Origin: Candidatus Dojkabacteria bacterium | Lineage (GTDB): Bacteria; Patescibacteriota; Dojkabacteria; J137 | Assembly: GCA_020429495.1 (NCBI GenBank) | Contig: JAGQLJ010000002.1 | Span: forward strand, 1-39,642 | Direction: 5' to 3' | DNA: 39,642 nucleotides | Shown: positions 30,813 through 39,642 of the stretch, in pieces | Numbering within the stretch: position 1 is the stretch's first letter | Layout of the letters: each line of letters opens with the position of its first letter | Notes under the pieces: generated by a model | The model's input: only the letters and a program-made list of their open reading frames with translations | Told to the model about the DNA's origin: nothing | The model's database searches: none | Translations under genes and position numbers: made by a program

Positions 30813-33800
30813 TACTCAAAATAATACAAGCAGTGAAGGAAATGTATTTAAAGATATTCAAGATCCTAGAGGAACAGGTGAGGTTATTCCACAAGTAAGA
30901 GTAAGGGTACAAGGTAATACTAGAAGCCTTGTTGATTATCGTGAGAATCCTAATGGAGATGTTTATGATGCAAACGAAATTGATAAAATGGACCTGACTG
31001 CTGAACAAAGAGAGTGGATAGCTAATAGACCTGAACTTAACCCACAATCTAATAATGATAATATACCTGACAATAGAGCCATTCAGCCTACATATAACTC
31101 AGCTCAAAATAATTCAAATAATGAAGATATTATTGAAGGTGAGTGGTATGAAGCAGATGATGATTCTGATATAAATCAGAAAATAGAGCCTAATCAAATA
31201 TCTATTCAGCAAGATGGCTCAACAGTAATCAATGGTGCTCCACCACAAAATCAGAATAATGATAATGTACAACAGGATGATGATGTTATACAAAATGTGA
31301 CTATTGATGATAAAGATTGGAGTAATAGAATAAATAATGCTGGGACAGAAGAAGAGATTAATAATTTAGCTCGTGAATTACAAGGTTTGAACATTGATAA
31401 TAATCAAAGATTAAGGCTTCAAAGGCAAATAAATACTAGAGCTGCTAATCTGTCTAGAATAAATAGAATATCTCAAGCTAATACAGATGAGGATGATAAA
31501 GTAGAACAAGATCGACCGGTTGCTGTACCTGTAGCAAATCTTGATACTAAAGATGATAGTCCAACAGTAACAGCTGATGATTTAGATGACTTAGATACTC
31601 CTGATGATGAAGATATTTTAGATGATATTGATGATGTTCAATTAACAACTATAAGGGAAGCTCTTGTTAGTGTTTATGATCGAACTAGAGAAGGAATAAG
31701 AGAGCGATTAAGAAATAGAAGAGAGGAGCTAAATGTTATTAGGCAAGAATTAATTGATTCTTGGGATGCAAGAACTGAAGATAATACACTTACAAGATTA
31801 GGTGTGGGTATTTTAGGAACAGGAAGAGTTGCACTTGAAAATATTAGGAACTCAAGAACATTGGTAATGAATTTAAGAGAAAAGCTTAGAGGGCCAGAAT
31901 TAACAGATGCTGAAAAAAAAGAAAATGATAGAGCTATAAAAAGGGCATACAAAGTATCAAGAGAAAGTATTCAAAAAGGTATAAGAGGGGAAGACAATAG
32001 TGCTTTTAGAGCAAATCTATTCTATAGATCTACAAGAGGAGTACTTAGAGGTATGCTGCAAACTCAAAGACTTATAAATAGAGTTGAAAATACACAATTA
32101 GGTAGATATATAGCTCAAGCTAGAGTATTAGCAGGTACAAATTCTGATGGTTCTCCTAGATATGAATATACAGCTTTAGGTGACAGCAGACTAAATAGAA
32201 GGCAAAGATTTTGGCTAAATTTTAGAGAACTAACAGGTATTTATAGAGATCAAGATTTTGTAGTCAGAGGAGGGATGAATGTAGCGCAAAAGAAAGAACT
32301 TGCAGATGCAATTGCAAATGCTGGGCTAACTATGAGTGAAGAAATTGCAAGAAAAGGGCGAAGATCTGCAATTAATGCATTTTCAAGTGGTCGGGGAATT
32401 TCGGGCAGATTAAGCAGAACAAATGCAGTAAGAAATGGGATTGCCCTAGGTTTAAGATTAGGGGCATCAACACTTGGTGTTATGGGAATACAACCAGAGT
32501 CACTATATAATCTGACACGTCTAGCAAGTATGACAATTTCTCCATTAGCAACAATTGCTAATAAAAGAAGGGAAATGATTGATAAGTTTGGAACATCAGC
32601 TTGGAAAAGAATGGTTGTTCCAATGACACTTATGTCAGGAATTTCAGGTTACCTTTCTTATCTGGGTCCACTTAGAGAAGCATCTGACAATATTGTAAAC
32701 GATTTATTAGTAAACAGAGCAGGTGGAGTTTTGTTAGATGATGCAAAAAAGCGAACTGCAGAAATGGTTACATCATGGGGGCTTAGATATACAACTAACT
32801 ATATTGCTGGTCCAATACTTGGAACAATGTATGCACTAGTTTATGGTGCAGGAGGTGCGGATCAAGGTCAGGTTGCAGGAAGATGGAAAAGATCAGTTGG
32901 TCTTGGATTAGCATCAGCATCAATTGCTGCTCAAGGTGCATCAATGGCAGGTGCAATTTCATTTGCTTCAGACATTGGATTAGTTAATGCAACAAAAAAC
33001 ATTCTATTTGGAAAACATGTTTCTATAGAAAACTCTCCAGATCCACTTGCAGTATATGAATCTCAAAATTCAGATGGGGCAACAGAGTTACTAGATTCAA
33101 CAAAGGAAATTATTACCTCTTTGGTAGCAGATGGAAATGAAGCAGTAAATTTGCCAAATGGTGATATTGGATATTTGAATGTTGGTGGAGTTCTAGTTCC
33201 ACTAGAGCATCCAAATGTTCCAAAAGGAATTATGAACGATTTGGTAAACAGGCAACCAAATAATATATTTGGTAATCCTGTTGCTAGTGCATCAAGACAG
33301 TTAACAGAAAATGCTGGAATAGCAGGAGATTTATTTAATGGGGTAGATAGAGATCAAGTTGTTGTAAATATAGGTAGCGGCTCTCCTGAATACGTTAGAG
33401 TATCTGGAATAGAACTTGATCCAAATATAAGAGTACCTTGGAATACAGGAGAAAGAACGTTATTAAATGTACCTGATGGAGTTGGAAGCAGTAACTCAAT
33501 GCTTTATTTAGGTCACGATCAAATAGGTTATGGTCTAAATAATGGTGAGGTTAATCTTGTTATGGATCCAGAAAATCCAGCTATACTTAGACAAATTGGA
33601 AATCCAGGAGCTCTTTATTCTGCACCTGAAGTTGAAGCATATATAAATGGAAATACTGTAAATGTTCCTAATCCTATAGGAATTGAAGTATATGGAGAAA
33701 ATGGAGATGTAACCAGAGTACTAAGACATGTAAGCGATGTACCAAACGTTGACGATAGAATATTTGGAGGAGTGGCTACATATCAAGATGCATCTGAATT

Positions 33801-36360
33801 AACTGGAAATGTTTATAATGCAAATGGAGATGTAATTGCCTTTAAAGCTGAAAATATTCGAATTCCGGTAGATGGACAAGAAGTACAACTTGGAGATACA
33901 TATGCAGTTCAAAGTCCAACTGAGGCAAATCAATATTTTGTTGGTGCTACATCTTCAACTAGGATTGGATTAGAAAGAGATCCAAATGGAGAGTTTGTGG
34001 TAAATAAAGTTGTCTTTAATAATCATGAATATTTATATGGTCAATCACCAGATCAAGTTGGAACAACATTCTATTTCTCTGGATCTGCAACAGAAAATCC
34101 TTCTGCAGTAGAATTAATTAGAGATTCTGTGACTGGTAATCTTACCGCTCATGAAGTATTCACAGTTAACCCAACAAACGATCCTAATGTGTTTGAGCTT
34201 CCTTTTGGAGTAGATCCTAACAACTTAACATCGTTACAAACTCAGGCAGGAAGCATTGACCAAATAGATTTCTTTACAACAAATAATGCAGGTAGAATTG
34301 TTGGAATTGGACCTGCTGAAAATGGTATTAGAAGAGTATTTGAAGCAACAGGACATGCACCTGGTTCAACACTAAGGTTAATAGAAAATCAGAGTGTAAT
34401 TGAAAATAATATACATACAATTGCTACAGGAAATTCACAAAATGGTCCTGTTCAATATTTAGTGCCAGCTGATGGTTCTGCTGATCCGGGAGATTTAGTT
34501 TATTCTCTTAACTCAGAAGCACCAACAACACTTGCACCAAATTCAAATCATATTGCGTACTTGATGGGTACAACACAAAATGAAGTGGCTGCAAGCATTG
34601 AATTTGATAATGCTGGGAATATAATTAGCTTTAATGGTACAAATTTGGAGTTAGAAAATGGGGCACCGAATTATGATTTAATAAATACTATTCATAGAGA
34701 TTTTGGAATAGATACAAATAGACCAATTATCTTAGATCGAAGCAATCTAGATGTAACTTATAGACGAATTGGAGATAATTCTGAATTTAATCCATTACCA
34801 GAGCAGCCTTTAACACCAGAAGCAGCTACCTTACTAGAATCACCAGCTGGAGCACCAGTAGCTACTCCAGAAAATAATGGTAATTTACTTGGGGCTGCTC
34901 AAAATGGTCAAGGACAACCAACAACATTACCAGGTCAAGTTAATGGTGCAGCAGTCCCTAGCCGAATAGAAGGAGCAGGAGAAAGAGTTGAAGGTCCATT
35001 TACAGATCAATTGCCAGGAAGATCAGAAACAGGTGGTGAGTTTGTTAATCCACAAAATTCAACTCCTGTTGTAACAACTAGCACCAGAGTTGACCCAAGT
35101 GTATTGGTACAAGGTTTAAGAGATAGAAATTTTGCATATGGAAATAATACAGGAGCACTGTATGTTGCAACAGATGTATATAATCAACTATCAAATGTTC
35201 AGAACGAACAACAGTTTAATGCATTTTTATCTGAGTATGGAATTACTTTAGCAGATGGTCGAGATGCTCAATTTTACTTAGGAAGTACCGAAAACAGATG
35301 GCATTTATCTTTTGATGTTGCAGATGCGGTTGCTACTGCAGATTATAATAGGGTAATTGAAATTAGAGATAGTGCTGATCCACAAGCTTTAACAACTGCA
35401 ATTATGCAAACTTGGAGACAAGGTGTGGAAAAAGGAACCAATAATATTCTTGCAGATAACATTACTCCATACATTACTCCACAAGAAGTTGCAATACAAA
35501 ATGCAGGCAGTGCAAGATTGATTAATGTAAACATTGATAATAAAACAGAAGTAACAGTAAATGCAGCTGCAATACCAGGCGAAAGAGACGAAAGTGCAAT
35601 TTTAGATTTAGTTCAAAGGACTTTTGATGATCTTGTTGATACTAGTCAAACAGTGTTAGATGCTGGTTTAAACTTTATTGGAGGCAGAATAAATGATTTA
35701 GATAGAATTCTTGCAGATGTAACAGGACTTAGAAGAACAGATGAAGGATTATTTGAAGGGCTTATTGAAAGAAATTTAGGTGAAAATACTGCAGCAGGGC
35801 AAGAGCTAAGAAGATTAGTTAATCCAATTGGGCGAGATATTAATATCCATCCAGAAAGATGGACGCTGGGTACAATAGCTTTATTAGGACTGTCTAACTG
35901 GGGTCCTGGGCAAATAATCAGAATGCCAACAAACTTCGCATTTGGTAAGTTGGGTCTAGATATGCCTTTAGCCAAAACTCCACATGCAGGTTGGAGATCA
36001 CCTGGAAAATATTTACTTCCACAAAGTAGAAGGGCAGAACTTGAAGTGGTAAGAATAGAGAGAAATCTTAAACAACTCGAAAGAGAGTTAGATAGAATAG
36101 ACTTATTAAAAGTTAAGAAAGGGTATGGCACACCGGGTGCAGCCATACCTCCAGGAGCTCCAGCAGCAGCATTAACTTTTCAAACTAATCAAACAGATAG
36201 GGTAAATAGGATAAAGGATAGAATAGATAAATATGAGACAAAATATGGAATAGATAAAGTTAAAGTAAAAAGAAAGTTTATGCAAGATAATTTAAATACA
36301 AGATTGGCTAAGGCTAAATCTGATCTAACACCATTAGCAGCTAGAATTTCATTAATATAA
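30805..36360 (+). CDS. giant (1851 aa) polytopic membrane protein of unknown function
   Basis: N/D/Q-rich low-complexity N-terminus (to about nt 31650). Arg-rich helical region. About 5 Gly/Ala-rich hydrophobic segments at about 32430-32990 (GIALGLRLGASTLGVMGI, MVVPMTLMSGISGYLSYLG, YIAGPILGTMYALVYGAGG, SVGLGLASASIAAQGASMAGAISFA). About 900 aa of N/G/V/P-rich sequence that is probably exposed. A hydrophobic segment WTLGTIALLGLSNWGPG at about 35860-35910. C-terminal coiled coil. No catalytic or family motif recognised. Confidence 0.8.
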   Translation: MSDTQNNTSSEGNVFKDIQDPRGTGEVIPQVRVRVQGNTRSLVDYRENPNGDVYDANEIDKMDLTAEQREWIANRPELNPQSNNDNIPDNRAIQPTYNSAQNNSNNEDIIEGEWYEADDDSDINQKIEPNQISIQQDGSTVINGAPPQNQNNDNVQQDDDVIQNVTIDDKDWSNRINNAGTEEEINNLARELQGLNIDNNQRLRLQRQINTRAANLSRINRISQANTDEDDKVEQDRPVAVPVANLDTKDDSPTVTADDLDDLDTPDDEDILDDIDDVQLTTIREALVSVYDRTREGIRERLRNRREELNVIRQELIDSWDARTEDNTLTRLGVGILGTGRVALENIRNSRTLVMNLREKLRGPELTDAEKKENDRAIKRAYKVSRESIQKGIRGEDNSAFRANLFYRSTRGVLRGMLQTQRLINRVENTQLGRYIAQARVLAGTNSDGSPRYEYTALGDSRLNRRQRFWLNFRELTGIYRDQDFVVRGGMNVAQKKELADAIANAGLTMSEEIARKGRRSAINAFSSGRGISGRLSRTNAVRNGIALGLRLGASTLGVMGIQPESLYNLTRLASMTISPLATIANKRREMIDKFGTSAWKRMVVPMTLMSGISGYLSYLGPLREASDNIVNDLLVNRAGGVLLDDAKKRTAEMVTSWGLRYTTNYIAGPILGTMYALVYGAGGADQGQVAGRWKRSVGLGLASASIAAQGASMAGAISFASDIGLVNATKNILFGKHVSIENSPDPLAVYESQNSDGATELLDSTKEIITSLVADGNEAVNLPNGDIGYLNVGGVLVPLEHPNVPKGIMNDLVNRQPNNIFGNPVASASRQLTENAGIAGDLFNGVDRDQVVVNIGSGSPEYVRVSGIELDPNIRVPWNTGERTLLNVPDGVGSSNSMLYLGHDQIGYGLNNGEVNLVMDPENPAILRQIGNPGALYSAPEVEAYINGNTVNVPNPIGIEVYGENGDVTRVLRHVSDVPNVDDRIFGGVATYQDASELTGNVYNANGDVIAFKAENIRIPVDGQEVQLGDTYAVQSPTEANQYFVGATSSTRIGLERDPNGEFVVNKVVFNNHEYLYGQSPDQVGTTFYFSGSATENPSAVELIRDSVTGNLTAHEVFTVNPTNDPNVFELPFGVDPNNLTSLQTQAGSIDQIDFFTTNNAGRIVGIGPAENGIRRVFEATGHAPGSTLRLIENQSVIENNIHTIATGNSQNGPVQYLVPADGSADPGDLVYSLNSEAPTTLAPNSNHIAYLMGTTQNEVAASIEFDNAGNIISFNGTNLELENGAPNYDLINTIHRDFGIDTNRPIILDRSNLDVTYRRIGDNSEFNPLPEQPLTPEAATLLESPAGAPVATPENNGNLLGAAQNGQGQPTTLPGQVNGAAVPSRIEGAGERVEGPFTDQLPGRSETGGEFVNPQNSTPVVTTSTRVDPSVLVQGLRDRNFAYGNNTGALYVATDVYNQLSNVQNEQQFNAFLSEYGITLADGRDAQFYLGSTENRWHLSFDVADAVATADYNRVIEIRDSADPQALTTAIMQTWRQGVEKGTNNILADNITPYITPQEVAIQNAGSARLINVNIDNKTEVTVNAAAIPGERDESAILDLVQRTFDDLVDTSQTVLDAGLNFIGGRINDLDRILADVTGLRRTDEGLFEGLIERNLGENTAAGQELRRLVNPIGRDINIHPERWTLGTIALLGLSNWGPGQIIRMPTNFAFGKLGLDMPLAKTPHAGWRSPGKYLLPQSRRAELEVVRIERNLKQLERELDRIDLLKVKKGYGTPGAAIPPGAPAAALTFQTNQTDRVNRIKDRIDKYETKYGIDKVKVKRKFMQDNLNTRLAKAKSDLTPLAARISLI

Positions 36361-36361
36361 T

Positions 36362-37105
36362 ATGTACAGAATAAAATTAGCAACAACATCACCAGATATA
36401 GTTACATTTCTATTTAGAGATTTTGTTAACTATCAAACAGAAGAACCTGTAGAGGGTATTCAAGCTTTAACCGTGCATTCAATTTTTGAAGCAACAGAAA
36501 TGCCAATTATTCTAAAACAAAAAGAAAGTGATGCTTCTTACGCGTTTTTCTTTCTACCATTGTTAGAAGAGTTAGTTGGGTTGCCAGTAGAAGTTGAAGA
36601 TAATATCTTCTATATAAAATATGGCGATAACAGAGTAGGCGTTTTAGAGCAAACAATGGACGAGCTAGTAGAGATTATTGAAGAATATATTGAAGAACTA
36701 CCACCAATTAAACCCCAGCCATTCTTCCATCCACTTTCAAAGCTTGAATTTAATGTTGGGGAACATGTTTTAATCTTTGGAAATGATGATTTTAAAATCT
36801 ATAGATCAAGATCAGTTTTACCAACATATACATTAATCACTGAAAATACTGCACAAGATCCAGATTTTAACGGACAAAAATTTGTTGTACCTTTAGAATT
36901 ATTGGGTGAAGATTTATATGCATTTGTTGGAAGTGGATTTAGGGCACCAATTGAGCAATATGTTGGAGATTTAGAAAATAATTTCTCGGAAAATATGTAT
37001 ACTGAATTAATAGAAAAAATTAAATCATTTAATAATTTAACTGACGATAGCAAAGCAGAATTTAATATAGTGTTAGAAGAAGAATCTAATGAGGAAAATA
37101 GCTAA
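36362..37105 (+). CDS. acidic cytoplasmic hypothetical protein, 247 aa
   Basis: The ATG is 1 nt after the giant gene's stop. No signal or TM segment. E/D-rich. Confidence 0.6.
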   Translation: MYRIKLATTSPDIVTFLFRDFVNYQTEEPVEGIQALTVHSIFEATEMPIILKQKESDASYAFFFLPLLEELVGLPVEVEDNIFYIKYGDNRVGVLEQTMDELVEIIEEYIEELPPIKPQPFFHPLSKLEFNVGEHVLIFGNDDFKIYRSRSVLPTYTLITENTAQDPDFNGQKFVVPLELLGEDLYAFVGSGFRAPIEQYVGDLENNFSENMYTELIEKIKSFNNLTDDSKAEFNIVLEEESNEENS

Positions 37106-37895
37106 ATCAACAGTTATCATGCTTTTTGTTTTTGCAATTACTAGTGTTTTTGTTTCACCTGTAAAAGCAATTCAGCTTGATGGAGAGACACAGCTAGATT
37201 TAGGAGATACAACAGCAGTGGAGATTCTAGCTAATCCAACAATGACAGATGCTACAACAGCACAAATCTCTTTGGGTCTAGAAGATAAATTAAAAGTAGT
37301 AGAGTATGTTCCACCACTAAATCCAACCTGGTCTCCTGAAATTGGAACTTGTGAAAATGGAGCTTTGTTTGAATCCAATACTGTATGTGTAGATTTAATA
37401 AAATTAGATGGAACAATAGAAATTGGAGAAAGCCTTGGAATTTTTGTTGTTCAAGGAGCAATGCCTGGGGAAGGTAATATATTTGGGTTTAGTGATAATG
37501 GGTATAAAAATGCAAATGGAGATTTTGAAGCACAATCTGGATTACTATATAAAATAGTAGTAAGTGGAGATGAAACATTGCCAACAACTAGTGGTCAACC
37601 TCCAGCTACAGATAATCCTTATATCCCCACAACTACAAGTATTCCTGAAACAGCACTTTTTATTAAAGATAATACAATGTTTAAGGCATTTATAAGCTTT
37701 ATGATGGCAGCAACTCTTGCATTATTTGCAATTCTTATGCAATATGTAGATAGGAAAAATATTATGCTAGCTTTTAATGGATATAAAGAAAACATTCAAG
37801 ATTTCTTTGCAGCATTAAAAGAAGAAGAACAAGAGTATAAAAAAGAACAGTACGCTAGTAAGGTATTAAAATCTAAACAATATAAAAATGAGTGA
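37089..37895 (+). CDS. exported protein with signal peptide and IPETA + TM + charged-tail C-terminus
   Basis: 268 aa. Signal MRKIAKSTVIMLFVFAITSVFVSPVKA. Beta-rich middle, possibly cohesin-like (weak). IPETA at 37641-37655, then the TM FISFMMAATLALFAILM and a ~50-aa K/E tail. It overlaps the upstream gene by 17 nt. Confidence 0.65.
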   Translation: MRKIAKSTVIMLFVFAITSVFVSPVKAIQLDGETQLDLGDTTAVEILANPTMTDATTAQISLGLEDKLKVVEYVPPLNPTWSPEIGTCENGALFESNTVCVDLIKLDGTIEIGESLGIFVVQGAMPGEGNIFGFSDNGYKNANGDFEAQSGLLYKIVVSGDETLPTTSGQPPATDNPYIPTTTSIPETALFIKDNTMFKAFISFMMAATLALFAILMQYVDRKNIMLAFNGYKENIQDFFAALKEEEQEYKKEQYASKVLKSKQYKNE

Positions 37896-38631
37896 TAAAA
37901 AATTAACACCAATAATGTATATAGTAGTAACGTTCATTGCAATACTAGGATTTTTAATCCTTCTTGTTGTTGATTCTGGAAATAATACTAACAATAATAA
38001 TGGCGATGTATCTGTAACAGGATTTGGTGAAGAAGCTACAAGAGAATTATTTCCAGCTATTGCACAAGCATTTTTAAACACCGACTGTGATGCTCTATTC
38101 CACGAAGGATATTTAAACGATTCCAGATTTACAAATTTAAGCACATCTGGATTTAGTTTATCTTCAGAAAAAATATCACCTGTTGATAATAGACCTCTTC
38201 AATGTTTTTATGATTTAGGAAATGGGAAAGCATTTACTGTAAAAGTAAATACATATAGCTCTAATTCTATTATCGATGCAACCAGATCAGATTTATTTAC
38301 AAGAGTAAATGCAGAATATATAGATAATTTAATTGATCAAGATAGAATAGGAATTTTAGATTATTCTTTTGGAACTGATGTGGCAGACAGCACACAGTGT
38401 GTTTCAACTGTATTTCATCCTCTTAACGATTTTGAATCAATAAGCATAGAATATTTTGGGTTTGATTGTGAACAAAGCTATGACTTAAACCGTGAAGTAG
38501 TTGCTGCAATTGGAAACTATATTGTATTTATGGTTGAAGATGTATATGTGGCAAATGGAACCTCAACTGAGGCATTGTTAGATAAGTGGGGCTACGATGA
38601 ATACATAACTAATTTGGAATTTTACAGATAA
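37888..38631 (+). CDS. N-terminally anchored exported hypothetical protein, 247 aa
   Basis: TM IMYIVVTFIAILGFLILLVV. ATGAGTGA overlap with the upstream gene. No motif recognised. Confidence 0.6.
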   Translation: MSDKKLTPIMYIVVTFIAILGFLILLVVDSGNNTNNNNGDVSVTGFGEEATRELFPAIAQAFLNTDCDALFHEGYLNDSRFTNLSTSGFSLSSEKISPVDNRPLQCFYDLGNGKAFTVKVNTYSSNSIIDATRSDLFTRVNAEYIDNLIDQDRIGILDYSFGTDVADSTQCVSTVFHPLNDFESISIEYFGFDCEQSYDLNREVVAAIGNYIVFMVEDVYVANGTSTEALLDKWGYDEYITNLEFYR

Positions 38632-38635
38632 TCAA

Positions 38636-39642
38636 ATGAATAAAAAAACTTCATTAATATTTTTTGGACTATTATTTGTAGCAGTTTTTTCATTATTGTT
38701 AATTTCTGCTTTGTTTAAAAATAGTAGAACTGAAAATGTAAATGAATCAACTGGAGATACTCAAGGAGCATATACACAGTCTGATGAAGGATATATTCAA
38801 TACATTACTACTCAAACACGAAAAACAGTTCCAGCAAATGCACCTGAACAAAAAGATGAGCCTAGTGTTGAGAGAAACGGAGCTGACGAACCAGTTATTG
38901 ATGTAGTTGTTGAGGAAGATGATAACAAACAAACAATAAATTTTGTGAGTGATACAAGTAATCCATTCAATTATACGGATGTTTCAGTATCTGTAAGTTA
39001 TTGTCCACAAGATTCTTGTCCCGACGGTACAGTAATACCTGAAGATAATAATCCTGTTCATAACACATGTGTAGATAGATTAGCTCAAGCTTGTATAGGA
39101 CATGAAGGAACAAACACAACAGGAGGATCAACAGGTGGAGCATGCAGTAGCGCATATCCAACTTCTAAAGGATGCTTTGGAGCAGCTCCAGGTACACCAG
39201 TGGGATTAGCTGGTGGTGGAGAGTGTGTTTGCACAATCACGACAGGTAATTTATGTTCTTGTGTAACAACCAAAGAGCCAGAAACATCTACAACACTACC
39301 AGGAGATCAAAATGGATTTAATTTTGATGAGACAATATCGGGCAATGATTTTGACGCAAACTATTCTGCTACATCAAGATGGAACTATACAACCTCTAGA
39401 GGATGTATTTCAGATGTTGAACTAGGAACTACTCCAGGTTCTGGAAAATATGCAACCTATTCTGAATGTCATAGTGCAAATTTAAAATACAATCTTTCAA
39501 ATGGAATTTGTATTGGAAGCTTAACAGGTACTTATTCAACATATCAAGAATGTAAAAATGCTTTAGTTGTTCAACAAGATCAAAATTCAGGAGATAAATG
39601 TACTTATCCGGATCAATGTATAAATTATAAAAGGTGTACAAC
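38636..39642 (+). CDS. N-terminally anchored, Cys-rich exported protein; partial, continues beyond the window end
   Basis: Not in the ORF track (no stop). My translation from ATG 38636 stays open to 39642: MNKKTSLIFFGLLFVAVFSLLLISALFKNS...CPQDSCPDG...ACIGHEGT...GECVCTITTGNLCSCVTT...GKYATYSECHSAN...GTYSTYQECKNAL... The G.Y.TY.EC strings echo the module of 22315..23658. Confidence 0.65.
   Translation, partial: MNKKTSLIFFGLLFVAVFSLLLISALFKNSRTENVNESTGDTQGAYTQSDEGYIQYITTQTRKTVPANAPEQKDEPSVERNGADEPVIDVVVEEDDNKQTINFVSDTSNPFNYTDVSVSVSYCPQDSCPDGTVIPEDNNPVHNTCVDRLAQACIGHEGTNTTGGSTGGACSSAYPTSKGCFGAAPGTPVGLAGGGECVCTITTGNLCSCVTTKEPETSTTLPGDQNGFNFDETISGNDFDANYSATSRWNYTTSRGCISDVELGTTPGSGKYATYSECHSANLKYNLSNGICIGSLTGTYSTYQECKNALVVQQDQNSGDKCTYPDQCINYKRCT

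Noticed and set aside
35646-36146. 166-aa antisense ORF inside the 3' end of the giant 1851-aa gene, and other antisense or alternative-frame ORFs in the track (e.g. 1763-1960, 3351-3575, 6876-9646 set, 30730-31047, 31674-31952, 36799-37053, 37172-37461, 37866-38144, 38747-39641)
   Set aside because: All are embedded in longer, motif-supported or composition-supported genes on the other strand or frame. None shows a recognisable motif or its own expression signals.
1-39642. Alternative genetic code (UGA recoded, as in Gracilibacteria/SR1-type CPR lineages)
   Set aside because: TGA ends several genes at sensible positions (2896-2898, 17695-17697, 19555-19557, 23656-23658, 30810-30812, 37893-37895). 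Two genes longer than 5.5 kb are uninterrupted under the standard code.

Overview
AT-rich, very gene-dense bacterial window read with the standard code (TGA terminates several well-supported genes). I call 28 protein-coding genes, one tRNA-Leu(UAA) and several families of short structured intergenic repeats. Two genes run off the window edges and are absent from the ORF track: a minus-strand AdoMet decarboxylase at 1-310 and a plus-strand Cys-rich exported protein at 38636->39642. Genes recognised from motifs: AdoMetDC, an NNMT/PNMT/TEMT-like methyltransferase, a sensor histidine kinase, class II CPD photolyase, a UbiA prenyltransferase, RecX, a PrgI-like membrane protein, DUF1653, a Fic-domain protein, YfiH/PgeF, CCA-adding enzyme, SufB and a YgjP/DUF45 metallohydrolase. 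About half the coding capacity is giant or repeat-rich secreted or envelope proteins. These are an 1863-aa M23+CHAP peptidoglycan hydrolase with adhesin-like repeats, a surface-protein trio at 22315-28252 (Cys-rich module protein, 1100-aa DUF11-repeat protein, lamin-tail-domain protein), and a translationally coupled operon at 30390->39642 built around an 1851-aa polytopic protein with no recognisable domain. The gene style suggests a small-genome, host-attached CPR/Patescibacteria-like bacterium, but that lineage call is inference only. The style consists of tiny or negative spacers, few Shine-Dalgarno sequences, -10 boxes abutting start codons, and PrgI-like, LTD and giant surface proteins. 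No CRISPR array, transposase, integrase, rRNA or phage genes were seen. Best candidates for something undescribed: (1) the 30390->39642 operon as a novel envelope or host-contact apparatus; (2) the giant M23/CHAP hydrolase plus downstream anchored protein, bracketed by two copies of a 23-bp palindromic motif; (3) a disulfide-rich 33/45-aa module and a conserved C-terminal anchor signature shared by several exported proteins; (4) at least three families of structured intergenic repeats, one with anti-SD/SD-like hairpins.
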